A stretch of 64,000 bases of DNA from a bacterium (GCA_965202625.1 CBDBBI010000010.1:64001-128000), one strand, 5' to 3'; numbered from the stretch's first letter, positions 1-10,421 are shown. Made by a program: numbers and translations. Notes: generated from the sequence alone by a model not told the origin.

Positions 1-791
1 TCTTTTCCGTCTGTCACCGAAATCATCTCGTGCAGGGCACCTGCTCCTTGCCCCTTGGCCGCGCACTCCAAATGCGCACGACTGATTTTATTCGTCCGTT
101 CTTGGGCCTGATTCAATATGGCGTCGGATATCCTATCCAGCACCTCAAAACGCCTCAAGGCGCGCAACACTATCATCACGCCGCACAAAAAATCGTCTCC
201 GGACGGCGTAAGCCCCGGACCAAGGCCGATGAGTCGTTGAGCGCCGAAGGGGAATTGCGGGCTCCTGTTGCCGCTCAGTGCATGGAACAGCCAATGCTTG
301 AGGCCACAAATGCTTTTACGGGAAATTTCCTGAAAGGAATTCTCGCTTGAAATTTTCTCGTTGCTCACGATGTGGGGAATGAGTGGGCCCAATCCCTCTT
401 GCGGGCCTCTGCGGGCTGTCCACTCGACGATAAACGGGAGGTTGCGCTTGAGTTGCTTGAAATTCAAGCCAGCGGAGAGCGGGGGTTTCCATTCTTTTGG
501 TTGGAAGGCATCGATTCTGAATATTGGACCAAGTTGAATGAAACTGTTCTCGATCTTCGCAACGCTTCTGAGTGCCACTTTTTGTCTGAAATCCATATTC
601 CATGAAAACTCACAAAGTACGTTCAACGGTCCTAGCCCGATGCTCCGGTCCCCGATACACGCAAGGTGCCCTTCCACATTTTCCAGGTATGCGCTTCTGC
701 GAAACACGCTGATGGGTTTTGCTTCGCCTAGCGCGGCGAGAAATTTTTTCGCAAACGTCCCCACGAGAATCACTCGGGAGGCATTCCGCAT
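1..791 (-). CDS. DUF2877 family protein (YahE/AllH-like), runs off the left edge
   Basis: Not in the ORF track because there is no stop in the window. Manual translation from ATG 791 gives MRNASRVILVG...IGLGPLNV...PQEGLGPL...LIGLGPGLTPSGDDFLCG...RTNKISRAHLECAAKG. GLGPGLTPSGDD is the DUF2877 signature. Confidence 0.85.
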   Translation of the reverse strand, partial: MRNASRVILVGTFAKKFLAALGEAKPISVFRRSAYLENVEGHLACIGDRSIGLGPLNVLCEFSWNMDFRQKVALRSVAKIENSFIQLGPIFRIDAFQPKEWKPPLSAGLNFKQLKRNLPFIVEWTARRGPQEGLGPLIPHIVSNEKISSENSFQEISRKSICGLKHWLFHALSGNRSPQFPFGAQRLIGLGPGLTPSGDDFLCGVMIVLRALRRFEVLDRISDAILNQAQERTNKISRAHLECAAKGQGAGALHEMISVTDGK

Positions 792-856
792 TCAATAAGC
801 TCGCGTCAAGAGACAATGGCATGACTTCGGAATGAGAATCTCTTCATCCCTAACGC

Positions 857-1192
857 TCATTCGCAGTCGGCCCCTCTTTTCTCCTGCGCCGCGGCATCAG
901 ACGGCGTGAGGGTTGCGGCGAAGTTTGGGTCCGCTTGTTGTTTCTCGACCAACGCGGCTATCTGCGAGAGCAGTGCCTCGCGTTTCATCAGACCCAAGCG
1001 ATAGATACCCATCGGGTTCACAAGTTTCATATAGTAGTGGTTGCCCGCGTCATACTCCGTCGCGCATGCGGAGGGCTTTTGAGCGATGGAAAGAGGCTTG
1101 TCAAAAGCATCCGCGAATCGAGCCAGTACTTCTTCATCATGCAAGTCCTCGGGAATTTCGGGGAATCTGGCCGCGAGTCCCTGGACGTTCAT
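857..1192 (-). CDS. hypothetical protein, 111 aa
   Basis: AAAGGAG RBS upstream and natural composition; ends ...GADCE-TGA (see findings). Confidence 0.75.
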   Translation of the reverse strand: MNVQGLAARFPEIPEDLHDEEVLARFADAFDKPLSIAQKPSACATEYDAGNHYYMKLVNPMGIYRLGLMKREALLSQIAALVEKQQADPNFAATLTPSDAAAQEKRGADCE

Positions 1193-1430
1193 CTTTTATA
1201 ACTCCTTTCGGGGGCGTCTTGTCTCGATCCCAATAAATAGAAGCCTATCACATTTCTCCTCATGCGGCACTGCGGGCCGACTCGAGTAGGGGACGTCCTC
1301 TCTGTCTCCATCATCCTTACTTCATGATCTTGGGTCGTCTGACGCTCCATCGTGCAAACTGAACGTTCATGTCTAACATCCCTTCTTACATGATGGTGAC
1401 GCCCCGCCCCCATCATCCAGAAATCTTTTC

Positions 1431-2177
1431 CTAATCTGTAAGGTACCCTCCGTTTACGTCCAGAGCCTCTCCAGTGATGTGCGCAGCTTCCTCGCTTGCC
1501 AGAAACAGTGTGACCGGTGTCAATTCCGAGGCCATGGCAAACCTTCCCATCGGGTGTTTCGCCAGCGCCTTATCGTAGGAATTCTGGTCAAACTCCCGCA
1601 TTAAAGACCCATCAATCGGTCCGGGGATTAGGCAATTTACTGTCACTTTGGTTTTCGCCAGTTCACGGGCGAGATTGAACGTCATCGCCAAAATGCCACC
1701 TTTTGAGGCGCCGTACGTGAGATTTTGGCCTAGTCCCCCTGATTTTCCGGCTCCGGAGCCATATAAAATAATGCGTCCCGCTGGAGAATTCTTGAGCGCG
1801 GGCATTGCCCATTGAATGCAAAAATAAGGTGCCAAAAGATTCACGCGAAGTGCGCGTGCCCAATCACGCTCATCAAGCGAAAGGGGGTTTTTCACCAGCA
1901 TGCTCGCCGCCGCATGGACGAAGACGTCACATCCGCCCAGCCATGTGAGCGCTTCTTTCATCATATCTTTCGTCTCATCGAGATTTTCTAAATCACAGGG
2001 TATTTTTCTGATCATCTCCTCGGCACCCGGGATGAGACGCAATTTTCTCGCATTTCGCCCCGTAGCGATGAGCTTCGCGCCTGCATCCAAAAACTCCCGA
2101 ACGAGCGCTTTTCCTACGTCTCCTGTCGCTCCGGTGAGGATCGTTCTTTTGCCTCGAAAATCAAAATGAAGCGCCAT
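1431..2177 (-). CDS. SDR family oxidoreductase (FabG-like)
   Basis: TGATGDVG Rossmann motif, YGASK catalytic motif, C-terminal ITGEALDVNGG. Confidence 0.9.
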   Translation of the reverse strand: MALHFDFRGKRTILTGATGDVGKALVREFLDAGAKLIATGRNARKLRLIPGAEEMIRKIPCDLENLDETKDMMKEALTWLGGCDVFVHAAASMLVKNPLSLDERDWARALRVNLLAPYFCIQWAMPALKNSPAGRIILYGSGAGKSGGLGQNLTYGASKGGILAMTFNLARELAKTKVTVNCLIPGPIDGSLMREFDQNSYDKALAKHPMGRFAMASELTPVTLFLASEEAAHITGEALDVNGGYLTD

Positions 2178-2330
2178 ACCGGTTGCCTTAAAAACGGCAC
2201 GCTCACTTTAGGCGCGCACCCAGCCTTGATATATGCGATAAGATACAATATTGACTTAACGTTGGCATTCCTTGTGGGGAATCCTCCCGCATGCACTCTA
2301 TGCGCAATGGGAACGCCTTGGAGAACGACC

Positions 2331-3596
2331 ATGAATTTGTTTGATGAGCTCAAAACCCGCGGCTTGGTCCATGATCATACGGATCAGACGACCTTGCGGA
2401 GCGCCCTTGAAAAATGTGTAATGGGCGTTTATTGCGGCTTCGACCCCACGGCCGACAGTTTGCATGTCGGAAACTTGGTTCCCATTGCGGGACTCATGCG
2501 TTTTCAGCGCGTTGGCCACCGGCCAATTGTGCTCATGGGCGGCGGAACCGGTATGATAGGAGATCCATCGGGGAAGTCAGAAGAAAGAAACTTTTTGAAC
2601 GCAGAAGTCCTGGAGCGCAACCTCAAGGGAATCAGATCCCAGCTGGAGAGGCTTCTGGATTTCGACGCCGGCTCCAATACCGCGCACATGGTGAACAACG
2701 CGGAATGGTTGAAAAAATCTCTTCTCATCGATTTTTTTCGCCACATAGGCAAGCATTTTTCCGTCGGTTATATGTTGGCGAAAGAATCCGTCAAATCGCG
2801 CATCACCGAGACAGGAATATCATACACCGAGTTCAGTTACATGGTGCTTCAGGCGTATGATTTTTTGCACCTTTTCGAAAAGGAGAATTGCGCTTTACAA
2901 ATCGGTGGATCTGATCAATGGGGCAACATCACGGCCGGCATCGAGCTGATTCGGCGGGTCCATGGAAAACCTGCATATGGAATGACGTTTCCGCTCATCA
3001 CGACTTCTGACGGTAAAAAATTCGGCAAGACGGAACAGGGAAACATTTGGCTGGACCCGGAACGGACCAGTCCCTACCGGTTCTCCCAATACTGGATTCA
3101 GACAGACGATAGGGATGTCGGCAGGTTTCTGAGATATCTCACCTTTTTGTCGATTGATGAGATTGATGAAATAGAGAGAGAACATCTCAAATCCCCGGAG
3201 AAACGGGAAGGACAAAGCCGTCTCGCCAGGGAGTTGACAACGCTTGTCCATGGAGCCGTCGCGGCACGGTGTGCCGAACGCGCCGCCCAGATTCTTTTTG
3301 GAGCCGAGCTCGACGGCATTGAGGAAAAGGATTTGCTTTCGGCGGCGGAAGAGATGCCGAGAACCTTAAAATCAGGCGCACCGCCTTATCGACTCGTGGA
3401 CACTCTGGTGGAAACCGGACTTTGCAAGTCTAAATCTCTGGCGCGAAAAGACCTGCAAGGCGGCGGCATCTACGTGAACAATCAACGCGTTACGGCAGAG
3501 GAGAGCATGCTATCCGCTAATCATATATTGTTTGGTCAATATATCATGCTTCGGAAGGGGAAAAAGAATTATCATCTCATTGAATGTCGTCAATAA
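2331..3596 (+). CDS. tyrS: tyrosine--tRNA ligase
   Basis: YCGFDPTADSLHVGN (HIGH), QIGGSDQWGNI, KFGKT (KMSKS), C-terminal S4 domain; start placed at MNLFDELK. Confidence 0.97.
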   Translation: MNLFDELKTRGLVHDHTDQTTLRSALEKCVMGVYCGFDPTADSLHVGNLVPIAGLMRFQRVGHRPIVLMGGGTGMIGDPSGKSEERNFLNAEVLERNLKGIRSQLERLLDFDAGSNTAHMVNNAEWLKKSLLIDFFRHIGKHFSVGYMLAKESVKSRITETGISYTEFSYMVLQAYDFLHLFEKENCALQIGGSDQWGNITAGIELIRRVHGKPAYGMTFPLITTSDGKKFGKTEQGNIWLDPERTSPYRFSQYWIQTDDRDVGRFLRYLTFLSIDEIDEIEREHLKSPEKREGQSRLARELTTLVHGAVAARCAERAAQILFGAELDGIEEKDLLSAAEEMPRTLKSGAPPYRLVDTLVETGLCKSKSLARKDLQGGGIYVNNQRVTAEESMLSANHILFGQYIMLRKGKKNYHLIECRQ

Positions 3597-3730
3597 GCGG
3601 ATACATAAATTGGTGTTCGCCATGTCCGCAGGGGGCGAGCGCGTCCTTTTGAAAGCCCGGAGATGGCTAGGATGGAGATGGATTCGTGCTTCGCCCGATG
3701 TTTCGGATTTGATGAAGTAAGAATTCAGAT

Positions 3731-5008
3731 ATGAATCCGCAAGGAAGTCCGTCTCAGGTCGAATATCATCAACTCCCTCCCGAGTTCCACCGGTGGAAAT
3801 GGCGCGTTCTCGTCGCTTTTTGCGTTTTCTACGCCTTCAACTATTTAGGCAGATTCAACTTCAGTCTGGTGCAATACGCCGTCATTCAGGATCTAGGCAT
3901 TACGCGAGTGGACACTGGATGGATCAATTCATGGATGTTCTGGGGTTTCGCTCTCGGTGATTTGATTTTTGGGCGCATCGCGGAAAAAGTGGGCTACCGC
4001 AACACTATTCTCTTTGCCGCAATTACCACGTCTTTGTTCAACTTCATCGCAAGTTTTGGAAATTCCGTTTCCACGCTTGCCATACCCTGGGCGGTGGTCG
4101 GTTTTGTAAATGCGGCTACGTGGGGCCCAGGTCTTGGACTCGTGGCGCAGTGGTGGCCCAAGCGCGAGCGGGGCCAAGCTATCGGGCTCGTCGGAACAGC
4201 CGCCGGAATCGCGCTCCTCATCGTTTGGGCGATCGTGCCTTGGGTGGCCGCTCAATTTGGGTGGAGGGCCGCTATTCGCTATCCCCCCATGGTCATTGCT
4301 CTCATGGGGCTCATTTTTTATTTCATCGCAAGAGACAAGCCTGCGGAACTGGACCTCCCTGAATATAAGGAGTTGGACGACGTATCCCGAAAAGCGGAAG
4401 CGGCGGGCAGCGAGAGCGAACGTGGGTTAAAGGCGTATTACCACTTAATGACCAATTTTCGTTTCTTTTTGGCGTGCCACGTTAAAGGGCTGGATAATGT
4501 GGTGCGCTATGGCATTGTTTCATGGGCGCCTTTGTATTACGCCCAGGCGGGTGGGTTCAACCTGAAACAAATGGGTTTGCTCACTTTCGCCTATCCTTTG
4601 GGATATTTGTTCGGCCCCATATTCGGCGGCGTCGTCTCTGATCGATTCTTTAAGAGCAACCGCTCCATCGTCATCATACTCGCCGCTTTTCTGAGCACCG
4701 CCGCGATGATGGGCATCGCTTACGCGCCGGCCGATAATATTCCTGTCGCCGTCATCCTATTGATCGCAGGCGGATTTTGCGTCAACATGTCTACCGTACA
4801 AGCACTGGGAGTAGATTTGGCCGGGAGGCGCCTTGCCGGAACAGCGGCGGGTGTCTTGGACGCGCACGGCTATATCTATGGTGCGCTTCAAGCCGTATTT
4901 TTTGGATGGCTATCTCTCGCCGTCTCAAACGGATGGTTCTGGGTGTTCACTGTCATGGCGGTCAGCCGACTCATCGCCGTCGCTCTCGTTTGGAGAGTAA
5001 GAGCGTAA
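3731..5008 (+). CDS. MFS transporter, organophosphate:Pi antiporter (GlpT/UhpC-like) family
   Basis: About 12 hydrophobic segments; YLGRFNFS, WWPKRERG, GVVSDRFF, AGTAAG motifs. Confidence 0.85.
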   Translation: MNPQGSPSQVEYHQLPPEFHRWKWRVLVAFCVFYAFNYLGRFNFSLVQYAVIQDLGITRVDTGWINSWMFWGFALGDLIFGRIAEKVGYRNTILFAAITTSLFNFIASFGNSVSTLAIPWAVVGFVNAATWGPGLGLVAQWWPKRERGQAIGLVGTAAGIALLIVWAIVPWVAAQFGWRAAIRYPPMVIALMGLIFYFIARDKPAELDLPEYKELDDVSRKAEAAGSESERGLKAYYHLMTNFRFFLACHVKGLDNVVRYGIVSWAPLYYAQAGGFNLKQMGLLTFAYPLGYLFGPIFGGVVSDRFFKSNRSIVIILAAFLSTAAMMGIAYAPADNIPVAVILLIAGGFCVNMSTVQALGVDLAGRRLAGTAAGVLDAHGYIYGALQAVFFGWLSLAVSNGWFWVFTVMAVSRLIAVALVWRVRA

Positions 5009-5176
5009 AGCACGCGCTTTTTTCTGGAGCAAGCGTCCGAGAGAAAACAGGATGACCGCGGAGCCTAAAATGACCAGCTGGATGGCGTAGGCTGAGGGGT
5101 TCGATACGCCAACGAGCAAAGCGATGCCGCAATCCACCATGGCAAGAATTTGAAGAGCGCGCCCCAAGCCATACAT
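4925..5176 (-). CDS. small two-TM membrane protein
   Basis: ATG overlaps the aminotransferase stop; two hydrophobic helices; the tail overlaps the convergent MFS gene. Confidence 0.6.
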   Translation of the reverse strand: MYGLGRALQILAMVDCGIALLVGVSNPSAYAIQLVILGSAVILFSLGRLLQKKARALRSYSPNESDGDESADRHDSEHPEPSV

Positions 5177-6372
5177 CAGCCAAGCTGTCCGAGTGCCGCT
5201 CTGATGCGCTTGATGCCTTCTGTTACGTTTGCCAAGGAAGTCGCATACGAGAAACGGATATAGGCGTCATTTCCAAACCCCGCCCCCGGAACGCCTGCGC
5301 ATCGCGCATGTTCAAGCAAATACAGTCCTACGTCCATTGAATTTTTCAACTCTCCTTTTGGCCCCTGACGCCCAAAAACGTCGCTTACCCTCGGAAAGGC
5401 GTAAAAGGCGCCTTTGGGGTTTACGACGCGTAGTCCTTCAATGCTGTTGAATCCCTTCACAATCGCCTTTCGTCTTTCATCGTATTGCGACAGCCATTCT
5501 TCCAGAAATGCATGTGATCCTCGCAGGGCCGCAATCCCGCCATGCTGAGCGAAGGAAGTGACGTTGCTCGTGCTTTGCCCTTGCAAAGTATCCATAGCAT
5601 TGATGATTTCCGGCATCGTGAGCGTATATCCCATCCGCCATCCCGTCATCGCATACGTCTTTGAAAATCCATCCAAAACCAGGGTGCGCGCTTTCATTTC
5701 GGGAGACAAACTGGCGATGGATACGTGCTCCTCCCCATCGTAGGTAATTTTTCCATAAATCTCATCAGACATGACCAAGGCGTCTGTGGACGAAACGACC
5801 TCGGCGATCGCCTCTAGTTCCTCACGGCTATAAACGCAGCCCGAAGGATTGCACGGGCTGTTGATCACCACGATTCTTGTGCGTGGGGATAGAACTTCGC
5901 GTAATTCCTCGGCCGTCATCTTGTGCCCGTTTTCCTCGCTTGTTTGCACCAAGATGGCTCTGGCTCCGGTCAAGGTGGCGATGGGTTCGTATGCCACCCA
6001 TATGGGCGCGGGTATGACGACCTCATCGCCCTGCTCGACGAGGACGTGCAGAGCGTTGAATACCGATTGCTTCCCGCCTACGGTGACGATCGCCTCCGTT
6101 TTGGGGTCATAGTTAAGGCCTTTATGCTCCTTGACCCAATCGCAAATCGCCTCTCTTAAGGGAAGCGTGCCCCGAACCGCCGTGTATTTCGTAGCCCCAT
6201 CACGCAACCCCCGAATAGCGCCTTCTTTGACGTGCTCTGGCGTATCAAAATCAGGCTCCCCTGCGGCGAACGAGATGACGTCAATGCCTTGCGCTTTCAT
6301 TTCCGCCGCTTTCGTATTCATCGCCAGGGTCGGAATAGGGGCCAGTTCGTTCATTCTGGATGCGAAACGCAT
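5176..6372 (-). CDS. aspC: PLP-dependent class I/II aminotransferase (aspartate aminotransferase-like)
   Basis: AGEPDF, NSPCNPSG, SDEIY, SKTYAMTGWRMG (PLP lysine). Confidence 0.9.
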   Translation of the reverse strand: MRFASRMNELAPIPTLAMNTKAAEMKAQGIDVISFAAGEPDFDTPEHVKEGAIRGLRDGATKYTAVRGTLPLREAICDWVKEHKGLNYDPKTEAIVTVGGKQSVFNALHVLVEQGDEVVIPAPIWVAYEPIATLTGARAILVQTSEENGHKMTAEELREVLSPRTRIVVINSPCNPSGCVYSREELEAIAEVVSSTDALVMSDEIYGKITYDGEEHVSIASLSPEMKARTLVLDGFSKTYAMTGWRMGYTLTMPEIINAMDTLQGQSTSNVTSFAQHGGIAALRGSHAFLEEWLSQYDERRKAIVKGFNSIEGLRVVNPKGAFYAFPRVSDVFGRQGPKGELKNSMDVGLYLLEHARCAGVPGAGFGNDAYIRFSYATSLANVTEGIKRIRAALGQLG

Positions 6373-6404
6373 GAATAACTCCAAGGTACAAGGTAAAGAA
6401 TGCG

Positions 6405-6890
6405 TTAGACGCGAAATCGCTCGCTGAGCGCCTCTCGAACGGATAAAGATACGTGCTCACTCACGTCTCCTCCGAGTGAGGCGACTTCTTTAATGAGGCT
6501 GGAGCTTAAGAAACTGTATTGTTCACTGGGCATCAAGAAAATTGTTTCAATCTCCTCGTTCAGCCTTCTGTTCATGAGCGTCATTTGCATTTCGTAATCA
6601 AAATCGCTCACGGCGCGAAGGCCACGGATGATGGTCTGGGCGCCCACCTTGAGAGCGAAATCCACGAGCAGCGCGCGCTCAAAACTCATGACCTCCAGTT
6701 GACTTGAACCACTGAATTCTTCTATGAAAAATTTTTTCCGCTCCTCAAAACTGAACAGAGGCTCTTTGGATGGGTGAGCGGAAATGGCCACGGTGACCCT
6801 GGCGAAAAGTTTCTCGCTCCTGCGAACAACGTCGAAATGCCCTTTTGTTGGGGGGTCGAACGTTCCTGGATATAGCGCATGTTTCTTCAT
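6405..6890 (-). CDS. coaD: phosphopantetheine adenylyltransferase
   Basis: YPGTFDPPTKGH, IIRGLRAVSDFDYE, SSSLIKEVA. Confidence 0.97.
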   Translation of the reverse strand: MKKHALYPGTFDPPTKGHFDVVRRSEKLFARVTVAISAHPSKEPLFSFEERKKFFIEEFSGSSQLEVMSFERALLVDFALKVGAQTIIRGLRAVSDFDYEMQMTLMNRRLNEEIETIFLMPSEQYSFLSSSLIKEVASLGGDVSEHVSLSVREALSERFRV

Positions 6891-7029
6891 GAAAACAAAC
6901 CCTCATCAGGAACGCGAAAATTTCCCTTCCCAAGGAAAGGGTTTTTGTCTTCCGCGTCAAAGCTAGTCTCTTTGGATAGCTCATGTCAACTTGAAAGCGG
7001 TTGTGGGCAAACGGAACGTCTCATTATCC

Positions 7030-7590
7030 CTATGGTTTCAGTACCTCCCGCACCATGTGACTGATTTCCGGCAGGATAATTTTTTCTAGCCCCGTGCGAC
7101 AAGCGTTTCCCGAACCGGGAAGTGTCATGATGATGGTGTCTTGACAAGTCCCTGCCGTCGCGCGGGTGAGGATGGCGGCCGCGCCAATATCTTGAAAGCT
7201 CACATGCCGAAACAACTCGCCAAAACCATGCATTTCCTTTTCCAGAATGGAAACGACGACGTCGTATGTCGTATCACGCTTGGTGATGCCGGTGCCGCCG
7301 TTGGATATCAGCACCTGAACGTCAGGATTCGCGCAAGCCTCAAGCAGGGATTCGCGAATCTGGGCGGGTTCATCCCGCACGATACGGTAGAAGACCACTT
7401 TGTGGCCTCCATCGCGCAGCATGTTCATGAGCAATTTTCCGCTTGTGTCGGTCTCCTCCGTGCGCGTGTCGCTCACTGTGAGCACGCCGCACGCAACGAT
7501 ATCTGGCCCCTCGGCGCGATGCTCCTCAAATGTTTTCAGGTGAACCGCCCTCTCGATTTCCTGACGAGAGGGCCCATTGCCCTGTCGCAT
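7030..7590 (-). CDS. moaB: molybdenum cofactor biosynthesis protein MoaB/MogA family
   Basis: VLTVSDTR, DTSG, NGGTGITKRDTT, GFGELFR, LPGS. Confidence 0.9.
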   Translation of the reverse strand: MRQGNGPSRQEIERAVHLKTFEEHRAEGPDIVACGVLTVSDTRTEETDTSGKLLMNMLRDGGHKVVFYRIVRDEPAQIRESLLEACANPDVQVLISNGGTGITKRDTTYDVVVSILEKEMHGFGELFRHVSFQDIGAAAILTRATAGTCQDTIIMTLPGSGNACRTGLEKIILPEISHMVREVLKP

Positions 7591-7868
7591 GATCGTCCCC
7601 CGTTTCTCCGCTTTTTCCAATGCGCGCTTGATGCGCCTATACTTTGGGCCCCCTCCAGGATGCTCTCAACCAAGCTCCCGTCATGGAGATAAACCGAAAG
7701 AAGGCAATCTTGCGCATTTCATCCGAAATATCAAACGCCGGTGCGCCCTACTTTTCCTGTATCGTCGTCGCCTCGTTTGGCTTTTTTAGGGAACATTTTG
7801 AGAAGCCGTGTGTTTCATATGAAGAGAAGGGCGTAATTCTATGTTTTGGGGGCGTCTTTAGAGGTTTC

Positions 7869-8432
7869 ATGGCAATATTCCAAAGGCCAAATCGATTCTA
7901 CGTCGCCGCGCTTGTCTTGTTTGCGGGCATTCTTGCCGGATGTGCTCATCCCGCATCTGGCCCCGTGGGGGAAACACACCGGCCTCGACTCGAAGCTGTC
8001 TGGGCTCAGCCGGCATTCGCCTACGGCCATCGCTGGAAGATTTATATTCGCGCAAGCGATCCGGATGGCGATTTGGACAAGGCATGGTTCTCGTTTTCGG
8101 GGTATGCGGCGGTGGCGACGGTGCGTTTTTTGGAAGGCAAGACAAAGCGCGCGAATGGATACGTGGAAACACAGGTGGACCTCATTGGCGGACATCCTAA
8201 AATCTCGAACAAAACAGGCGACCTCAGCATCGTTGTAGAGGATCAGGCGGGGAACGTCAGCCCCTCGAAATCTCTCGATTTCAACGTTTACGAGGGCGGA
8301 GAAACAGAGCGCACAAACCCGCCGGAAGGTTTCGCCGTCTCGATCAAACTCGGCGAATTTGATTTTCCGCCAGACGTCATAATCGAGGAAGTGAATGGCG
8401 ACGCAGAAGAAGAGGTTTCGGCGCGAGAGTGA
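7869..8432 (+). CDS. putative lipoprotein (beta-rich, ASDPDGD motif)
   Basis: Signal peptide with LAGC lipobox. Confidence 0.7.
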   Translation: MAIFQRPNRFYVAALVLFAGILAGCAHPASGPVGETHRPRLEAVWAQPAFAYGHRWKIYIRASDPDGDLDKAWFSFSGYAAVATVRFLEGKTKRANGYVETQVDLIGGHPKISNKTGDLSIVVEDQAGNVSPSKSLDFNVYEGGETERTNPPEGFAVSIKLGEFDFPPDVIIEEVNGDAEEEVSARE

Positions 8433-8532
8433 TAAAGCGAGGTCGCCGTTCCGGTATTCTCCAAACCAGAAAGCTCTCGTTCCCCTTATCCGATACGTCC
8501 TCTTCGGTCGAATAACCGCCTGAAGGCCCCGC

Positions 8533-8563
8533 GCCGCCTCCGCTCGAAGGCGAGCGAGGCGGC
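8533..8563. terminator. strong GC hairpin between convergent lipoprotein genes
   Basis: GCCGCCT(C)CGCTCG-AAGG-CGAGCG-AGGCGGC; no clear U-tract. Confidence 0.45.
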
Positions 8564-8569
8564 CTGAAT

Positions 8570-8845
8570 TTATTTCTTCCTGAATCCTTTGCCGATCATG
8601 CACGAATCGAATTTGCTGGCCTTGTATGTGGACTTGGAGCTGATGGCCACGGGGCCGCCCTTTTCTCCTTTTGGATCGAATATGAAACCTTCCTGATGTG
8701 CGCAGCCCTGGAGGTCTTTCGCGGCTTCGGCGTCGCTCCCTCCGCTCTTGATCCATGTCTGTCGAGCGACCGTGCACCCCGAAACCGCAAAAACCACAAA
8801 ACTCGCCAAAACAACGCCCGTTGCTTTTCGCATGAATCGCCTCAT
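8570..8845 (-). CDS. small lipoprotein with a Cys pair
   Basis: VSGC lipobox; W-x-K...DLQGC...FDSCMIGKGF pattern. Confidence 0.75.
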   Translation of the reverse strand: MRRFMRKATGVVLASFVVFAVSGCTVARQTWIKSGGSDAEAAKDLQGCAHQEGFIFDPKGEKGGPVAISSKSTYKASKFDSCMIGKGFRKK

Positions 8846-9415
8846 CCCTATAACTCCTCTTGAAAATAAACGACTGGCTACTACTTTCTGTTTAACGGAT
8901 TCAGCGAGCCGGGAAACGAAAAGAAAGGGGGGTTCATTCTTCATCGCCCAGCAAGCATACTAATAATAGCATATTAACATCGCACTCCATGAAAATCGAG
9001 GGTGTTCGGGTGAGGTTTCGGTTCGGGAAAATTTCATATATTTCCATAGATTTTGCCTATGTATCGAGACCGGGACGCGGACTCAAGGCGATGTTGCTTC
9101 GCCTTGCGATGACGGTTGGCCACGTCGGCGCGTCGCCTCGGTGACGGCAAACGCGGAGCGACGTGCTCCCGGCTCGCGGCCAGCGACGAATGGGCGTAGG
9201 GTCGCGCCCGCCCGCTTTTCTGCGCACATGTCACCTCTCTCTGGCACCCTCGAACGCCCGAGCGTCCACCGCCGCGCCCTGCTTGGCCATATAGCTTCCT
9301 CATCTACTCCGCCGCCGACCCGGTGGAGAAAACAAAAGAGACGCTCCAGATGCGCTCCTTGTCGAAAGGGTCGCCACGGCTGAACTAGGAGGCTCTCCTC
9401 CTGAACGGGAGTGCC

Positions 9416-9814
9416 TCAACAGGGGCTGGATGCGGCCATATGGTTGTCGATAGCGTTTTTCGCCGCTCTGAGCGCGTGGTTCGTTTTCGGGAATCCGATG
9501 TAGGGACACAGGGAGACGATGGCCTCTATCAACTCGGCGGGCGTCGTTCCCTGGTTTAGTAGCCCCTCGGCATGAATTTCCACCTCGCCCGAGAGATCCT
9601 GAGCCGCCGTCGCCGCCATGACGAGCATCTCGCGCGTTCGATGATCGAGAAGAGGCTGGTTCCAGCATGTGCCAAAGCAGTATTCCACAATGGCGCGGGC
9701 GTGGGTCGGGGCGAGTTCGCGCATCTCCGTGAACGCGCCCGCAAGGCCGTCCTCTCCATAGATGCCCAAAGATTTTCTGATCGCCAGACCTTTTTCGTAG
9801 TGCTTCTCGTTCAT
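9416..9814 (-). CDS. carboxymuconolactone decarboxylase (CMD/AhpD-like) family protein
   Basis: YEKGLAIR, FGTCWNQPLLDHRTREML, PYIGFP. Confidence 0.9.
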   Translation of the reverse strand: MNEKHYEKGLAIRKSLGIYGEDGLAGAFTEMRELAPTHARAIVEYCFGTCWNQPLLDHRTREMLVMAATAAQDLSGEVEIHAEGLLNQGTTPAELIEAIVSLCPYIGFPKTNHALRAAKNAIDNHMAASSPC

Positions 9815-9944
9815 GGCGTTCTCCTTTCAACGGAAGGGTAGAAAATGGTTGCGCCTGATGCGATGCGAGGCGGCGCACCGCTCCTTGTCTATGGAGTCCT
9901 CGCGCAAGAGGGATTCCTCTCCTAATGGCCGGAGGAGTGACGCT

Positions 9945-10421
9945 TCATTCCTGCTCGCTTTTGGCGCGTATTCCACCGGGGCGGGTGAGGATGAAGCGGA
10001 TGACGCACCCGAAGAAGATGACGAGGGAAAATTTTACGTATGGCGACGCGTCCAAAATAAGGATGGACGAGCCGCCCAAGAGGAGGATGAGCGCGACGGC
10101 GGTCCATTTCGCCCTTGGGCGAATGACGCCGTGCTTTTGCCAGTTGGAAATGAGAGGGCCATAGTATTTGTGCCGCAGGAGCCATTGATGGTGCTTTTTC
10201 GAGCTTCTCGCGAAGGCGAAGGCGGCCACGAGCACGAACGGGGTCGTGGGGAGAACGGGCAGGAAAACGCCGATGAACCCCAATGTCAGCGCGATGAACC
10301 CAAGAGCCAGAAAGAGGGGACGGGATGCTTTTCGCCGCATGGTGGTCGTTCCCGAGAATGATTCGCGCATGAGTTTTTCCGCATCTTCTCTCGAAGGGGC
10401 GCTTTTCACAAGGTGTGGCAT
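9945..10421 (-). CDS. YbaN/DUF454 family membrane protein
   Basis: IGVFLPVLPTTPFVLVAAFAFARSS...WLLRHKYYGPLI. Confidence 0.9.
   Translation of the reverse strand: MPHLVKSAPSREDAEKLMRESFSGTTTMRRKASRPLFLALGFIALTLGFIGVFLPVLPTTPFVLVAAFAFARSSKKHHQWLLRHKYYGPLISNWQKHGVIRPRAKWTAVALILLLGGSSILILDASPYVKFSLVIFFGCVIRFILTRPGGIRAKSEQE

Noticed and set aside
9034-9400. Possible transposase remnant
   Set aside because: No DDE motif or terminal inverted repeats could be supported.
9385-9421. CMD gene ends PC-TGA followed by an AGGAGG-AGAG-CCTCCT hairpin
   Set aside because: The CMD domain is already complete and read-through gives a long non-protein-like tail. The hairpin is more likely a terminator-like element or an old RBS.
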